A stretch of 63,481 nucleotides of DNA, filler included, from Choristocarpus tenellus KU-1152 (GCA_964200185.2; 8 parts of 8 records of this genome joined end to end with filler, not necessarily neighbours in it), one strand, 5' to 3'. Positions 26,326 through 39,622 are shown, numbered from the whole stretch's first letter. The notes: generated from the sequence alone by a model not told the origin. A program made the numbers and translations.

Positions 26326-27045
26326 GATGGGAGTGTAATGTAGTGAACTGTGGTTCCAGTGCAGAGTTGGTACAGAAGTGTGTGCATTCAAGTACTGCAA
26401 TATTGATACAAAATGTAGCTAATATATATTTCAAGTATTTTGTGAGGTGTGTTCCTACAGGTTTGATGTCTTTTAAGAGATGAGGTGCAGCTTGTCATTG
26501 CTGTTTGTAGCCAGTTGTCTATCTTGGCAAGGTTCAGGTTGGACTCTTTATTTATACTATTGTTTATGTGGGTATTAGGGTATTACGGTATTAGGGTATT
26601 AGAATCATTCAAATACAGGTTATATTGCATTGTGTCATTCAAACTATGATGTCATTGTACACCACATGCTTACACTTTGTCTGTATGTTATACACCTCAT
26701 GAGCAGTGCATACCCCATGAATATGCAATAGCAGAGCGGCCTTTGCCACCCTAACCCTAACCCTGTAAATTTAGGAAGGCGTTGAATACTAAGTATTGAG
26801 AAATGGAATACAGCTTATGTAGATGCTGAAGAGAATTGATGTAAGTTGAAGTATAGTGTATAGGGTTAGGGTTGTCCTGCACAAGAGTAGAGGTTGATGC
26901 ACTAGTGAGAGTAACTTAAGTATACTGGGAGGCTGGTAACGCTTTGAATTAAGGTTCCCTCTGACTTTTTGGTGGCACTAGTCCTGCGTGTAGTGGCCTA
27001 TTGTTCCCTGGTGTATGTCCTTACTGTATCATTAGACTCGAAGGG

Positions 27046-27145
27046 NNNNNNNNNNNNNNNNNNNNNNNNNNNNNNNNNNNNNNNNNNNNTTAATTAATTA
27101 ANNNNNNNNNNNNNNNNNNNNNNNNNNNNNNNNNNNNNNNNNNNN
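27046..27145. other. Artificial contig linker N44-TTAATTAATTAA-N44 (also 34599-34698, 45131-45230, 47958-48057, 51489-51588, 55868-55967, 60429-60528)
   Basis: Identical 100-bp spacer with a six-frame stop core, repeated seven times. Confidence 0.98.
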
Positions 27146-27261
27146 GAAAAGTGCATTTACAGTAACCATCCGACATATGCAACCAAATCACCCAAAAATT
27201 GCGAAATGAAAAAAATGACCCCAAATGGACAGTCGCCACCCCCTCACAGATATATTAAGTC
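27146..27261 (-). mobile_element. MITE family C partial copy at contig start
   Basis: gaaaagtgcatttacagtaaccatccgacatatgcaaccaaatcacccaaaaat...ccaaatggacagtcgccacc. Confidence 0.8.
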
Positions 27262-27970
27262 TCATTGGCAGGGCATCAGAAGGAACCTCTGGGAAGCATT
27301 CCATATTTGCTGCCACAACCTCAAAGCCTCCCCCCTGCTCTCTTCATCCTTTTGCCATTCCACCTTACGACTTATCAACACAGCTCCCTCCTCAATGCTC
27401 CCCCGATCCTGCCTGAGTACCAACCCGTACTCCTGTGGTCTCATCTCGAGTTCTCTTGCTAGTCCACCGTCCAAGGCTAACTCCCAACCTCTGTATGATC
27501 CCTTCTGACGCTTCTGGCACAGGTGAAAGAAATCTGGAAATGTGTAGGCAGATGGAGGTCAAGATATTGTTTGTGGGAACATTGGAGTCCTAAACCTTAA
27601 CCCTACATGTTGTTAATCCGATCGTTTTCTATACCAACTCGGTTGCCTGCCTTCCCCAACCAGGATCACATACAACCTGCCCCTATCTTCGCTTGCCACT
27701 GACTACTGGGTTCAATGCAAATATTCAAGTTCCTTTTATGTACCACGCTCAATTCACTCCTCCTAAGCCCTCCCTTGAGTATAGGAATTGGAGATGGACT
27801 GATGCCTGGTCAATGCAGTATTTGTGGAGTATTCGGATTTCTATATATGCTTCACCCCATTCCTGCCCTTGCCCTAATATAGACACCCACCCCCTACTCC
27901 TGTGTATACCTCTCACTTCCAATAACTATAGTCAAGCAGCACTTTAGTATCTTCACAAGCATTCCCCCTT

Positions 27971-28053
27971 GACCCAAAGTATCTTAGAGGGTAGAGCCGC
28001 ATCCATTTGGGGAAAAAATCCAATGTTGCGATTTTGATATAATTTTGGCTATC
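27971..28053 (+). mobile_element. MITE family B, truncated left part
   Basis: gacccaaagtatcttagagggtagagccgcatccatttgggg...aatccaatgttgcgattttg matches the family B left end. Confidence 0.8.
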
Positions 28054-28734
28054 ATCTTCCCAAGCATTCCCCCTTAGAAGTCTTCTTGATCTCTTTCTAG
28101 TACTTATCATGCAAGGATGTCTCTGGTCCTCTTGTACACTTTCTTTCTTTTTTTCAACTCACCCAACTCATGTACTGTCCTTTCCTTGCCCAAGGGTTGC
28201 TCCTGTCATTTTCCTTTGGGTACGAGATTTGGGGCTAGTTTGAAATGTGTTCTCGTGTGACCCCAAGATTTCTTCTACCACCGACTGAGACATTTGGCGT
28301 ACATGTATTCGTCTGAAAAGTCAAAGCTGCCAGTGAGTTGTCTGGGTCATGAGAAGTTTGTAGTGACGTGATGTGTGTGGGATCAGCAAGGTATGTGTCA
28401 CTCCTAGATGGCCCCAGGTCAACCTAAACAGTCAATTATGACCCCATTTTGAACTTTCATTCAACCCGTTCATTGGCCCTACCACCACTATTCTTCTTTC
28501 CCTCCCTTCCCCCCCCCCCCCCCCTTTCTTGAGCTAGATAGAGCAATGTATCATATTGTTTACATATCCCCTCCTCAATCTAAACTCATCCGTTTCCAAC
28601 CCCTGGTTCAAGTGGAAACTATTGGAGACGTTCTTGGCATACAATCATAACCCTAACCCCTAATTGGCACTCATCCAAGCTACCACCCTATAATGTATCC
28701 TACTATGGTAAATTTCACCCTTAAGACAGAAGGA

Positions 28735-28879
28735 AAACATACACGACTATGAAAGGTGTGTCCAGAGCAAGGACGTTGACACTTCCTAACAACCACGATA
28801 GTCAAAATCTATCAAAATCACAACATTGGATTTATGATCCCAAACGGACACAGCCCTACCGTCTTAAATGTATTGGCTC
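28735..28879 (-). mobile_element. MITE family B, degenerate partial copy
   Basis: ttgacacttcctaacaaccacgatagtcaaaat...caacattggatttatgatcccaaacggac matches 345-420. Confidence 0.75.
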
Positions 28880-31800
28880 TCAGCCAAAGTATAGGAGAGG
28901 TATCTAGGTTTTGGTCGTTTTTCAATATAAGCCTTTCAATCAATTCATCCATGTTCTGCAGATGAAGTTCTAAGTTTGACTTGAGAGTGTTTATTTCTCT
29001 ACTGTTTGAAACCTTTCCGACACAACTCTGAAAATATCCCGCACACATTTGTAAAAAAAAAAAAGTCGAATTTTGCACACACTTGTGAGCATCCTTAAAA
29101 ACGCAAATCTGGGTACCTCTCATTTCCTTTGACTCTATCGGGGTTGTGTGCGAGATGTAAGAAAAATAGTACTATCGACACTAACCAAGTAAACTAACGA
29201 GGTACAAAACTTAAGTTTTTTTTCTTTTGTTCTCCGCATGGTATAATAGTACTGCTACAAAAAATTACGTTGAGCAGAAAGAGTCGAGAACGTGATCCTG
29301 CACTGTACAAGTGGTTCTTCCACATTTAACCTCTGCCCTGCCTATGGCACTGCTACTGTAGTGGGAGCATTGGAAAAGACGGGGGGAAATATGTTGGCCA
29401 ACTGAAAAATCGCCTGGCTTCAGCAAACACCCTTGTGAAAAAATGGTGATCAGCGAAGTGGGATGGTGCAGACAAAACTCTTGCCGAGTCAGGTAAGTTA
29501 CATTATACCAGAGAAAATTATGTCCATTTTCACCTTGTTCAACTGACTAAACCAGCAAAAGCCTTCCAACGCTGTGGAGTACCCCCCTCACAATGTTGCA
29601 TAGGGTAAAACAGGTGGGGTGCTCCCAAACACGTAAATCGAAGGCAGTCAGTTGCCATGTACACAAATTTACAGAAGAAAAAGATGACAGACTATATCGT
29701 GGCCTTACTCAGACAAAAAAGGATTGCATGCAACGCTCCAGAGCGATCAATAACAACCTAAGTGAAACACAACAAAGTGGCCCCCTCATCAGGGCCATTG
29801 CCTATGAGTTCCACTGCTACCTTTGTACTGTGATTTGCTTCCTGCATTGCACCCACAACCCAATTAGCTTTGGCTATCAAATGAACAAGGAACACAAGAG
29901 CTTATTGCAGTTCTGCACACTAATTACTCTGGTGTGTCTACAGAGACGGTTGAGCTGTGGCAATGAAAACATTTCCAGGACCCTCCTTCCACCCCCCACA
30001 CCCTTGTCTCAGCTAATCCTGACTGGGTGCTATCTGCCCTTCCAATACCCACCCCATCCCTGCTGGTGTCAAGGAGTCGCCTCTCGTATGTCACTACAGC
30101 CATCAAACCCAGCATGCGTACTTGAGCATGGCACATCTCATTCCCTGCTGGTGTAGAGTTCCCAGCACCACCTTCCCCCCCGGATGATAAGTCTGCAGAA
30201 TGCTCGTCTGTCCTAGGGAGTCGTCCAGAGCTTCCAATCACAGTCATGCCTGTGGCACAGAACTTCATTCAAGCAATAGAGTGGTTTTTCATGAGGGCAG
30301 GGGAGAGGGGAGTGAATGAGATACAGGGACGGGAGCAATGAGTGGCAGACAGCAAAAGCAGCGTAGGCGCAGATGGTGTCCTCAGAGTAACCAAAACTTC
30401 CACTTTTGTGAGCCGGGTACACTCTGGAAGATTGTGCTTTGGAAGGGGGAATGAGATGACGCAACCCTTGGGACAATTCCTTGCATCAGTTGGGAAGCAC
30501 AACTCAGAGCCACTTGAACGATCTATCCATACCCCGTTGTAGGTACATGATGTTGCCACTGACTTAATAATTGACTCAACATCAAGGTTTTCCAATACCA
30601 GAGCCTCCCAAGCAGCAGCAGTGCCGCCACAGATATAAAAGGGCCCACCCCTCAGCCTCTTTCTCATGTGATCTCTCCTGACCGAAGTCATCCCAAGCCT
30701 TCTGACTGGATTCAATTCACAATTCCCTCTATACAGCAGACCAGAAGCACCAGTGATATCAGGAATCTCGCCATTGTTCCTCTCACCCTTGACACAAAAC
30801 TTCTATTGGGTGACTTGGAACAGAGTATTTTCTTTTCAACAAAGCATGGTGTTGATCAGCATGAATCACATATGCATTCTCACAGTTCACCTCAATATCA
30901 CACCTGGTATCATGTTGGGGTATTAGGTGTTGAAATATTAATCTCAAGAACCAAGATGGAATGTCCAGATGCATGCGTGGTTACACACAACTATAACGGG
31001 TAAGTCAAAGAGAGCCAGACCAGAACGTAATGGACCTTATTGCCTAGGATCTCTGGAGGACTTGAACAAAGAAGACAGGGCACCAACTCCTTTCCTCGAG
31101 AGGATAACAGGCCTCATTCCCAGGATATTTTCTTGTGGGCTTGCATAATGGAGACTCCCTACCTCCGCTGTGACCTAATCACTACAGCGACCGTGATAAC
31201 TGACAGGGATTCAATATTCCTTTTTATTCTCTCCTTGATATTTTTCCGCCCACAATCACTATCCACTGGGGAAGGTTTCCCAGACACCTTGTGCTTACAT
31301 GGAGGCAGACCTCACACTGAGGGGGAGTCACGATTTTAGGGAAAGTCCCTTTTTGGTCTCATCCTCAAGCAGCCCAACCAACCAGGGGCAAACAAATGAA
31401 TGCATGCGCATTGGGCACACATCACATCCATGCCGTCTGCCTCCACAGACTGATGACAAGAGCAGAGCAGAAGCAAAAAACATGATATCCAAATCACACA
31501 TCTACCACTCCACTGACTGACTCATCTCACAGAATCGGATCCTAGAAGCACGAGGTTCACCCCTGGGGCCAAGGCACTTGACGTCTACGCCCCAGTTACA
31601 CTCTCGGTGGTTCTCACTTCCCTCCCTCCTTGACACTCAAATATATCACCGATCATTCACATAAAATACAATCCATTACAGCAGTACACCCAACAGTCCC
31701 ATCTCCCACAAGTGTGACTTGAAACACAAAAGGGGGAATGCTTTTACGTACGGATCTCGTGCAATTGAAGGCCAAAATTAATTTCCCCAACCCAAAAAAT

Positions 31801-33646
31801 CCAATCTCACCACCCTTTCAAAAAAAAAAAATTGAGAAGCAGACCGAGAGATCTTGGCCCTTTTACATTCTAGTCTCCGGTGGAGTCCATCCCAGACCCA
31901 TTAGGGTATGGGGGACATTTCGATCGCATTACTGTCCAACGCTCCCCCAACCATTGTGCTTCACACAACCATGTTCTTGGAGCACTATAATAGTTAACAG
32001 TCACTAAAATAATGGGCAGATAATAACAATAACTGACAGTTGCAAAACAGCAGGTTCACAGTAGTAATTGCACACCATCCTAAGTTCACTGTTCTGGTAG
32101 ATAAGAGTAGTACAAATTGTGCATGCGCTCCCTACACAAATGTGAACCTCCTTATTTAACCAATGATACCTACTTCACTAGAGGACTCTAAACAATTCCT
32201 ACATTACTGTAGCACCACAGTATCGAAGTACATACAGATTTGACAAAAGGGTCGGCGAAACGGTATGACGGAGGGCAAAGAGGTGCTTTCAGAAATATGG
32301 GAATTGGGGGCGGTTTGGTTTTTGAAATACCCCTTAAAAAGGCAACAACGTTCGGGGTAATAAATGGAAGGGGGAAAGTCTTCCAATTCTTTCTGGCAGC
32401 GCACATTACTTATAAATCCCTACTATTTTGCACTATTGCTTGTAGGGATGTGTGCTATGAATATTTAACATGTTGTTTCAATTGAAATGTGAAAGAGGTC
32501 CATGACAGCATGAAGTACAAGTATTGAATATACACCAGCAGCAGCACATGTGTACCTTGATGGTGCACCTTATAGCACCAGACTAATCCACTGATCCCCC
32601 CCAACATCTGATCTACAGGAATCTCGGATTTGTCCTCAAAATCAACACACCACCAATTCTATCGCTATACTTGCTACCCTGTACCACACCACCAAAAACT
32701 TTAACAAGGAGAAGTGCTTCTTTTTTTTCACACACCTTGGTGACAGCAAAGGAATGTCACGTGCCTCCCCAAAAAAATTGTGAGTGAAAGTAAGTGAGAG
32801 GAGGGGATGATTTGTCTGTTCAACTTTATCTTAAAAAGGGGGTTTTTAACATTGTTTTTAAAGAGAAGACGAACACATTTGAAATGCTACGACAGTAGTA
32901 CAGCGAAGTTGATATATATATATATATATATCCCATCCCAAGATTCAAAAAGAGATGTGCAGCTATCGCTAGAAGCAAACCTTGTCTCGTGGTTGTAACT
33001 GCTATCAGAAAAAAGAAAATGCAAACTTTGAAAACCTAGCGAACGAGCACGCACACCAAAAGCGATCACAGCTAACAGTCATTCAAATTCTATTGTACTA
33101 TTTTTTTTTATTCTCCTTGAAGAAATTTGTACAGCCCATATGCCCAACTGTATTGGAGTTTGCAAACAAGAACCACCACCCAGACAAACAAACAGACAGG
33201 CGGTGACATCATTTTTCGGAAGGCATACCAACACTGTACATCCATCACAGAATGCACGCACAAAATAAACGGTGCTTCCCACTTCACTCTGCTCTCACCT
33301 ATGTGGATGCTTGGAAAAATTCGAAAAGCTCCACTATATTTTGCAAAACACATAAACACACACACACACACACACACGCTCGTGCACGCACTCACTCTCA
33401 CACTCACACTCACACTCACACACACTTCAAAAAAAGTGAGCTACTTCTTAATGTGCTCTACCTTTGGTCACAAATTACAAACATCACCATGCAATGCTCT
33501 TGACATCGCAAGTTTGGACATACAGCCAAACCAATGCTGATGATTTTATTGCATTACAAAGGGTTGCTCTAATCATTGCTACCTCAGTAGATATGTTTGG
33601 GAGCAACAAGATCATTAATCTCAAAGTCTCCCATGCATTCATCAAA

Positions 33647-33756
33647 TATACTTTACCGTATCACATCATATCCTATCCACTCTGTGAAGCTAAGCTGCAT
33701 CGGACCAGACTAGTACTAAGGTGGGTGACCATGTGGGAAGCCCCAGTGCTGTTTCT
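33647..33756 (+). pseudogene. 5S rRNA-derived pseudogene (or head of a 5S-derived SINE)
   Basis: ctctgtgaagctaagctgcatcggaccagactagtactaaggtgggtgaccatgtgggaagccccagtgctgttt aligns to eukaryotic 5S rRNA (box A ..GAAGTTAAGC, box C GTGGGTGACC..GTGGGAAG). The 5' end is degenerate with many C>T/G>A changes. Confidence 0.85.
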
Positions 33757-34501
33757 GTTTCATCTCTTCCCCATCTCTTCCATCTTCTCGCCTGCCTGCA
33801 CTCTTTCCCTCCTCCCATCCTTCCCTTCCAATCACTCTCTTGCCTCCTTCTACTCTACTCACTTGCAGTCATCAAATATAGTGCATAATTTGTCTTTGTC
33901 TGACTCATGTGAAGCCCATCACAAGCAAACAACCCCATACTGTTCTCCCAAAATTTCTCAACAAAAAAAGAAATACACCGACTATAAAAATTAATTCGAC
34001 AGAAGTGCCACCAATGGCAAAAAAAACATATGAAATTACACTACAAGATATTCTGAGGGTTTCTGTTAGGCTGCCCACCTTTAGTGATAATAATGCTTCA
34101 CCATCGCATGTATTTGAGTACTCACCAATCCTACAAAACCATGATCACTCAAAGGAGACAACAGAGAGCACCGTGTTAATCGCACTCTTTAGATAGTTGT
34201 GCCCAACAAGTTTAACAAACCTCCTCCCCTAACCCCCCCCCAACACACACTATTTATTAGTATTGTTCAACAAAAAAATATACGTATCACAGTTTGTAAC
34301 ATAGAAGTACCACTCCTACAGCTTTAGAGATGAAGGTTAAAAAAACGAGAGCAGGTACTACAGATCTCAACAAGGTAGGCTCTCTCTCTCTCTCTCTCTA
34401 CCAACACTACAGATCAAACCTGATAACTCCTATCATACCCCCAAAACCCTAACCCTAACCCAGAATATAACACTAGAACCATCCCTAACAACCCCAGAAG
34501 C

Positions 34502-34539
<38 letters not shown>

Positions 34540-34895
34540 TTTTTCCCCCCCCCCCCCCCCCCCTCCCCCCCCCCCCCCGCCCCCCTTTCCCCCCCCCCNN
34601 NNNNNNNNNNNNNNNNNNNNNNNNNNNNNNNNNNNNNNNNNNTTAATTAATTAANNNNNNNNNNNNNNNNNNNNNNNNNNNNNNNNNNNNNNNNNNNNGT
34701 GAAAACAAAAATGTTGAGGGATTGGGTGGGGGTGTGGGTGGTATGGGGGGTTTAGTCCCACCGCCGATCAACACGACCCTCACCGATTCCTTTTCATAAC
34801 AGACAAAACAGCGGCAGAAGCATAGACAAAACGACCTCCCGAAACACACCCGTCCGGTGCACACAGAAAGGATCAACTGCACTGCAAGCACCCAC

Positions 34896-35726
34896 CTCCC
34901 TCTTGTCATCGACCATATCCCCCTCATACACAGTACCAGATGGATACACATACCGCCTCCACCCCAACCTAGCGGGCCCAGAACCAGACCCCGACCCCGA
35001 TCCAGATGCCCCTCCCCTCCCCCCGCCCCCAGTAGATCTTCCCTTCTGTGACGAAGAGCTGCCCTTCTGCGGCCCAAACCCAAGACCCACGCTTGCTAGA
35101 TGGTCGCATGAGGCGTCCCCAGGGGCAGGGTTCAACCCAGCCCCTGACCCCCCACCCGATCCGATCCCAGCCTTGCCCTTGGAGTTTCTTCCAGTGCTTC
35201 CCCCCGAAGATGCAGTGTCCATGGATGCATCTCGAGCCCTGGACCCTCCGCTGCTGCTCACTGCTCCACCGGTCCGCCGCATGGTACGTTTCCGCTGCCT
35301 GTTGGTTGTGGTGTAAGTCAAGTAGCATGGATTGATATGGCGGTGAGTTTGCATGAGGAGGGGAGGGGGAGGAGAGGAGAGTGGGAGTGAGAAAGTAAAC
35401 AAGGAAGGGAGTGAAAGAATAGAGTTTAGATGGATGCGTGGTGGTATGAAGCAGACTCTGTATTTGGGGTGTATTATTGTAGTGGGGGCTTTGTGTGAAT
35501 ATCAGAGCACTTGAGAAAACCACAACCCTTTCGATCACACCACAGAGATCAAAAGTCGCCAAGAACACATGTCTTGTCCCTCTAACCAGGCAAGGACAAC
35601 TTGTTGACAAGGCAGAGGTCGTTGCCTACACGAGACAGGAGTCAGGATTCTTGAGCGTCAAAACAGAGAACGGTTGGTATTTGGAAATACGACGATGATA
35701 AGCAGACACCTGGCTGCGGGCTTCAT
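34896..35726 (-). CDS. MORN-repeat protein, 5' part (Gly/Ser-rich N-terminus), runs off the contig
   Basis: Exon 35710-35726 (ATG AAG CCC GCA GCC AG|gt, phase 2) joins exon 34896-35298 (acceptor aacag, donor gtgggt). Gives MKPAARQRKRTM...YVYPSGTVYEGDMVDDKRE, which fits the MORN consensus Y.Y..G..YEG....... Confidence 0.75.
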
Positions 35727-37989
35727 AGCGTCCAGCCCAGGAAAAAAAATAGGTACAAGGGTGGTCTAGATACAGACCACCTTTCCCTACGGATTAAGAA
35801 CTAGAAAAGGCCATCAATTGTCCTTTAACGGGTGTACGGGTTCGTTCGAGCAGGCCCACATCGACTTCGCCCTTCCGTGTAACGCTGCAAATACTGGCCG
35901 CCGATCTTTGGTTGGAAACGGTACCTTGAAATAGGCATGAACTGCTACCACAAGTCTTTCCAAGACAAAGCTAGGTGTAAATATGATATCCGCCTACCAC
36001 TTCCATAAATGATACCAAGCCCAAAAGGAGAAAGATGATTCGAGACCTTTTACCATCTATGCAAGGCCATAGACAGCGCTAGCGCATTTATAAATCGTAA
36101 CCAAAGCATACAACAATGTCAAAAAAAATTGCGTTACCTGGCCGTTGCTGTGGATTGGTGTTGCATCATCGCAAAACCTTGTCTCGCTCACAACGGAAAA
36201 GGTGCCACCCCAGGATCTGGATCCTTTGACAGTATACCCTTCCTAAAGAAGGTGTATTGAACCTGAATAGGGGGGTTCGGTCCATTGGGGTTAAGTTAAG
36301 GCGGCGAAGCAGGAGAGAATATATGATCGAGGTGCTCCGCCAGTTGAGGAAGTGTTACTCCGCTTCGATGTGGCCACCCGTCACCAAGCCCACAACGCTG
36401 CTCTACCCCTCTCTCTAACATCTACGCAAACCCCGCTTAATAGAGATTACTCTTGTGATGGATCTTCACCAGTAGGTCTACAGGCAGACCCTAGTAAGAT
36501 GAGGGCGAAGGAAACTTAGGACCCTTCAAGGATAAGCCCACAAGACCACATCAAACCTTAACACAATCTCATCGATCAAGGGAACGTTTGCTCCACAGAT
36601 CATCTATATTGATCCTATCCCAAATCTCTGATACACCGGTTTCCTTTAGCAACAGCCAATCTATAGCCGAGGTGCTCCATCTGTTCCCTGGGGCAAAACC
36701 CTGCGACCTTACGACCCCGAAAATGTGTCTTTTGAGGCGAGAGGATAGGGACTGAGAGTAAGTACGACTCATAATGTGCTACTGCCCCAACAGCTATCGT
36801 TCTTAACACTCCCAACCACCTTGCCTGAGGTTCGTCTCACTTCCCCGAGATGAGCACGATGACCATGCCTGTGTGAGGGGGACGTCTCCTGTCTACCCCT
36901 CCTCGTCCCACTCTATGTAAGTTTTCAGGATTGAGAGTCGAAAACTGATCTCCACACGCGCCACAATCGCGCGATCACAGAAAATATTTTCCTTTATGCT
37001 ACCCTTCTGGTTTGGATCTTCCTATTTCTTCTTGTTCTTTGTTGTGATCTTAGTCGTCATTCTGAACCTCTATGGATGGATATTTTTTCACCTTTCTGTT
37101 TCTATCATGTTGTAGTTGAAAATGATATCATACTATTGTTGGTCCTACTTGGTACATGGCACACCTCTTGCTAAGATATCTGTTGTTGCACACTCCTACT
37201 CCGTCATTCATAACGTCCTTCTAAATGGAATCATTATGATGCCCATCCGATCGTACGATGTCACCAAAGAAAACAAGCATCGCAGGGACACCACCCTCTT
37301 TAATATCATTCATCCTCCTGTTACTCCTGTGGTACGGGTTTCTTCCCTCAACTACTTGAGAGAACTCTCAACCAAAACCAAACAATAAAAAATAGTAGAT
37401 TATAAGTAAGCATTATTGTCGACCTGATACTGGATATGGGAATCAGGATCCTAACTCTTACCAAATACACTAGGTTCCCCAGAATTAGAAGTAGTATGAC
37501 ACATATTTACATCATAATAGATTATTGTTATCTTTTTTTAAAGACGTTTTCATAATAATAAGAAATAGGAAGGAAATAGAAGGTAAAGAATACAACATAC
37601 CAATTCTATATTATTATATAAATTAGTGTACATATAGTGGTAGATGTATATTGTTTTTGTGAAGTGGCTGTACCTTTTTATCCCACCACACCAAATTTTG
37701 TATTTTTCAGTTTTGGGGGAAAATGGATGGACACCCTACATGTTAATCGCGCGTTTTCTAGGCGCGCCATATACCAACCCAAAGGTAAAATTTCGGGCAT
37801 TACCCTTTCCTCTTTTTTTTATCGGATGGAATATAAAAGCCTATACCTATAATCCTAACTGACCCTAACCGCAAAAAGTCTCCTCCAACAACAATAATAA
37901 ACAACCCTAACTTCAGAAGATGTAACTAGATTTGAAAACCAAATATCAAATCAAAAATCAGAAACTGGTGTGGGATTAGTGAATGGATA

Positions 37990-38368
37990 TATCTCAAACG
38001 GAAACGCTGATCTACAAGATGTAATGAAGAGTGGATGTAAGAGTATTGTGGCAACTAGTGTCCACAGGGGGAGACTCCGATTTGGTGAGTCGGTTGCTCG
38101 TGTGGGAGATTAGAGGCTTCCCAATATATTAATGTTGGAGAGCTTGAGAATGGAAAACGGAAAAGCAAGGTGGACAAGAGAAGAACTGGTGGACATGTGT
38201 CCAAGACGACCTTTGACAAGTTTCGAAATAGAGTTGAGGGATTGGAGCACGAGAAGAGTCACTATTCAACAGAAGGAGTGGTATGAGTGTATGGCCAACG
38301 CCACAACGAGGTTTATGTCCGTCGAATGGCATTCGAACAAAACTGATACAGCTTATCTGCGCAACTGA
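37990..38368 (+). mobile_element. RTE-clade non-LTR retrotransposon, 3' ORF2 remnant
   Basis: Frameshifted translation ..SIVAT..RGRLRFGESVARVGD*RLPNILM..ELENGKRK..GGQEKNWWTCVQDDL..F.I...W.......EWYECMANATTRFM..W resembles the RTE ORF C-terminus. Confidence 0.7.
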
Positions 38369-39362
38369 GGTCATACAACTCAGTACACCACCACCATCAC
38401 TGACCAATGAATGCTATTTTCTTTGTGGCTTATTCTCTTCCATCCTTTACTTTCTTCCCTTCTATCGTTGTTTTTAGGGTGATGTTGTTTTCACCCTATG
38501 GGTTCTATTTGAACTTTTTCTTCCACTGCATTGGTTTTCTCCTATGGTTCTTGTTGCCTTTTCTTGAAGAGTGTTGGACTTCTTTGTTTGATTATGGGTG
38601 CGGCATGGTTCTGCAGATTAATATTTAAATAATAATAATATTTTTGATTTGTCTCAAATATATTTTGGGGTGATTTCATATTCGATACCATTCGATGCTG
38701 ACAAAAAATATAATATTTATTTAATAGTTACATAATATTTGTATTACGATATCGAATTATATATACGATATTCTGATAAATCATATCAAATTATATTATA
38801 TTATATTAAACAAAATTGGTACAAATGAGTCGACTTTTCACCCTTCAAACTCGACATTTTTTCTGTTGAGGGGAAACTGTAGTGACTAAGGATTTGTGGA
38901 TGAAATAACCAAAGAGGTTTGAGATCCTTTCGTGAGGGTGAATCTGACAAAAATTCACAGCGGATACGATATCAATATTCATCTAGTCATATATCAGTTG
39001 AAATGTACACATTGTGAAACTGCCTATTTCACAGGGTGTTGTTGAAGAATATGATGCGTGTTTGAGGGGGTCAGAGAATGAGTAATCATGTAACTTCTTC
39101 TATGGGTCAAATACAAACTTCCACACCATACCTCTGTTTTGTCACTATGGGAAATGAGGGTCATGCTCACCAGACCATGAACTTGACTACACAAGTGGAG
39201 GCAATGATACCAAAGAAGAGTATGAAATAGAAGGAGGTGACGAGGGGGACAACGATGAAGTCAATAGTGAACTTGAGATATTGGCTGTGTAATTTGCCCT
39301 CAACACCAAAGAAGAAAGATCAGGATTTGAACTTAACTTTCAAGCTGAGGACTAAATAATTT

Positions 39363-39622
39363 GAGACAAAGTATCTTAGAGGGTAGAGCGGTGTCCATTT
39401 GGGGGTCAAAATCCAATGTTGTGATTTGATGTAATTTTACCTACCGTGTTTGTTACGAAGTGTCAATATCCTTGTTCCAGACACACAACCTTTTCATAAC
39501 GTATATATTTTACCCACTCCTAAACATTTTGGAGTAGAAAAATGTCATAAAAAAAACATGGGAAGCCAAGCACGAAAGGGACAAACAGGGCAAAACTCGT
39601 ACCCTCTAAGATACTTTCACTC
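39363..39622 (+). mobile_element. MITE family B, full copy
   Basis: TIRs gagacaaagtatcttagagggta / taccctctaagatactttcactc. Flanks attt / attc (3 of 4 match to a 4-bp TSD). Confidence 0.88.

Larger units (their letters stand above)
5455..26873. repeat. Dispersed short interstitial telomeric repeats (TTAGGG)2-4, both orientations, about 40 tracts
   Basis: For example 5455-5470, 6074-6090, 6982-7005, 8424-8444, 9692-9705, 15530-15546, 16097-16137, 19386-19413, 21568-21584, 25414-25438, 26748-26764. Confidence 0.95.

Noticed and set aside
26748-26845. Possible final GT14 exon after ccctaaccctaaccctgtaaatttAG (26775)
   Set aside because: All three frames stop within 9 codons (phase 0 gives EGVEY*) with no GT14 similarity; cannot be supported without transcripts.
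34503-34598. About 95-nt poly-C tract as a G-quadruplex/i-motif element
   Set aside because: At a contig end and probably low-quality homopolymer sequence.
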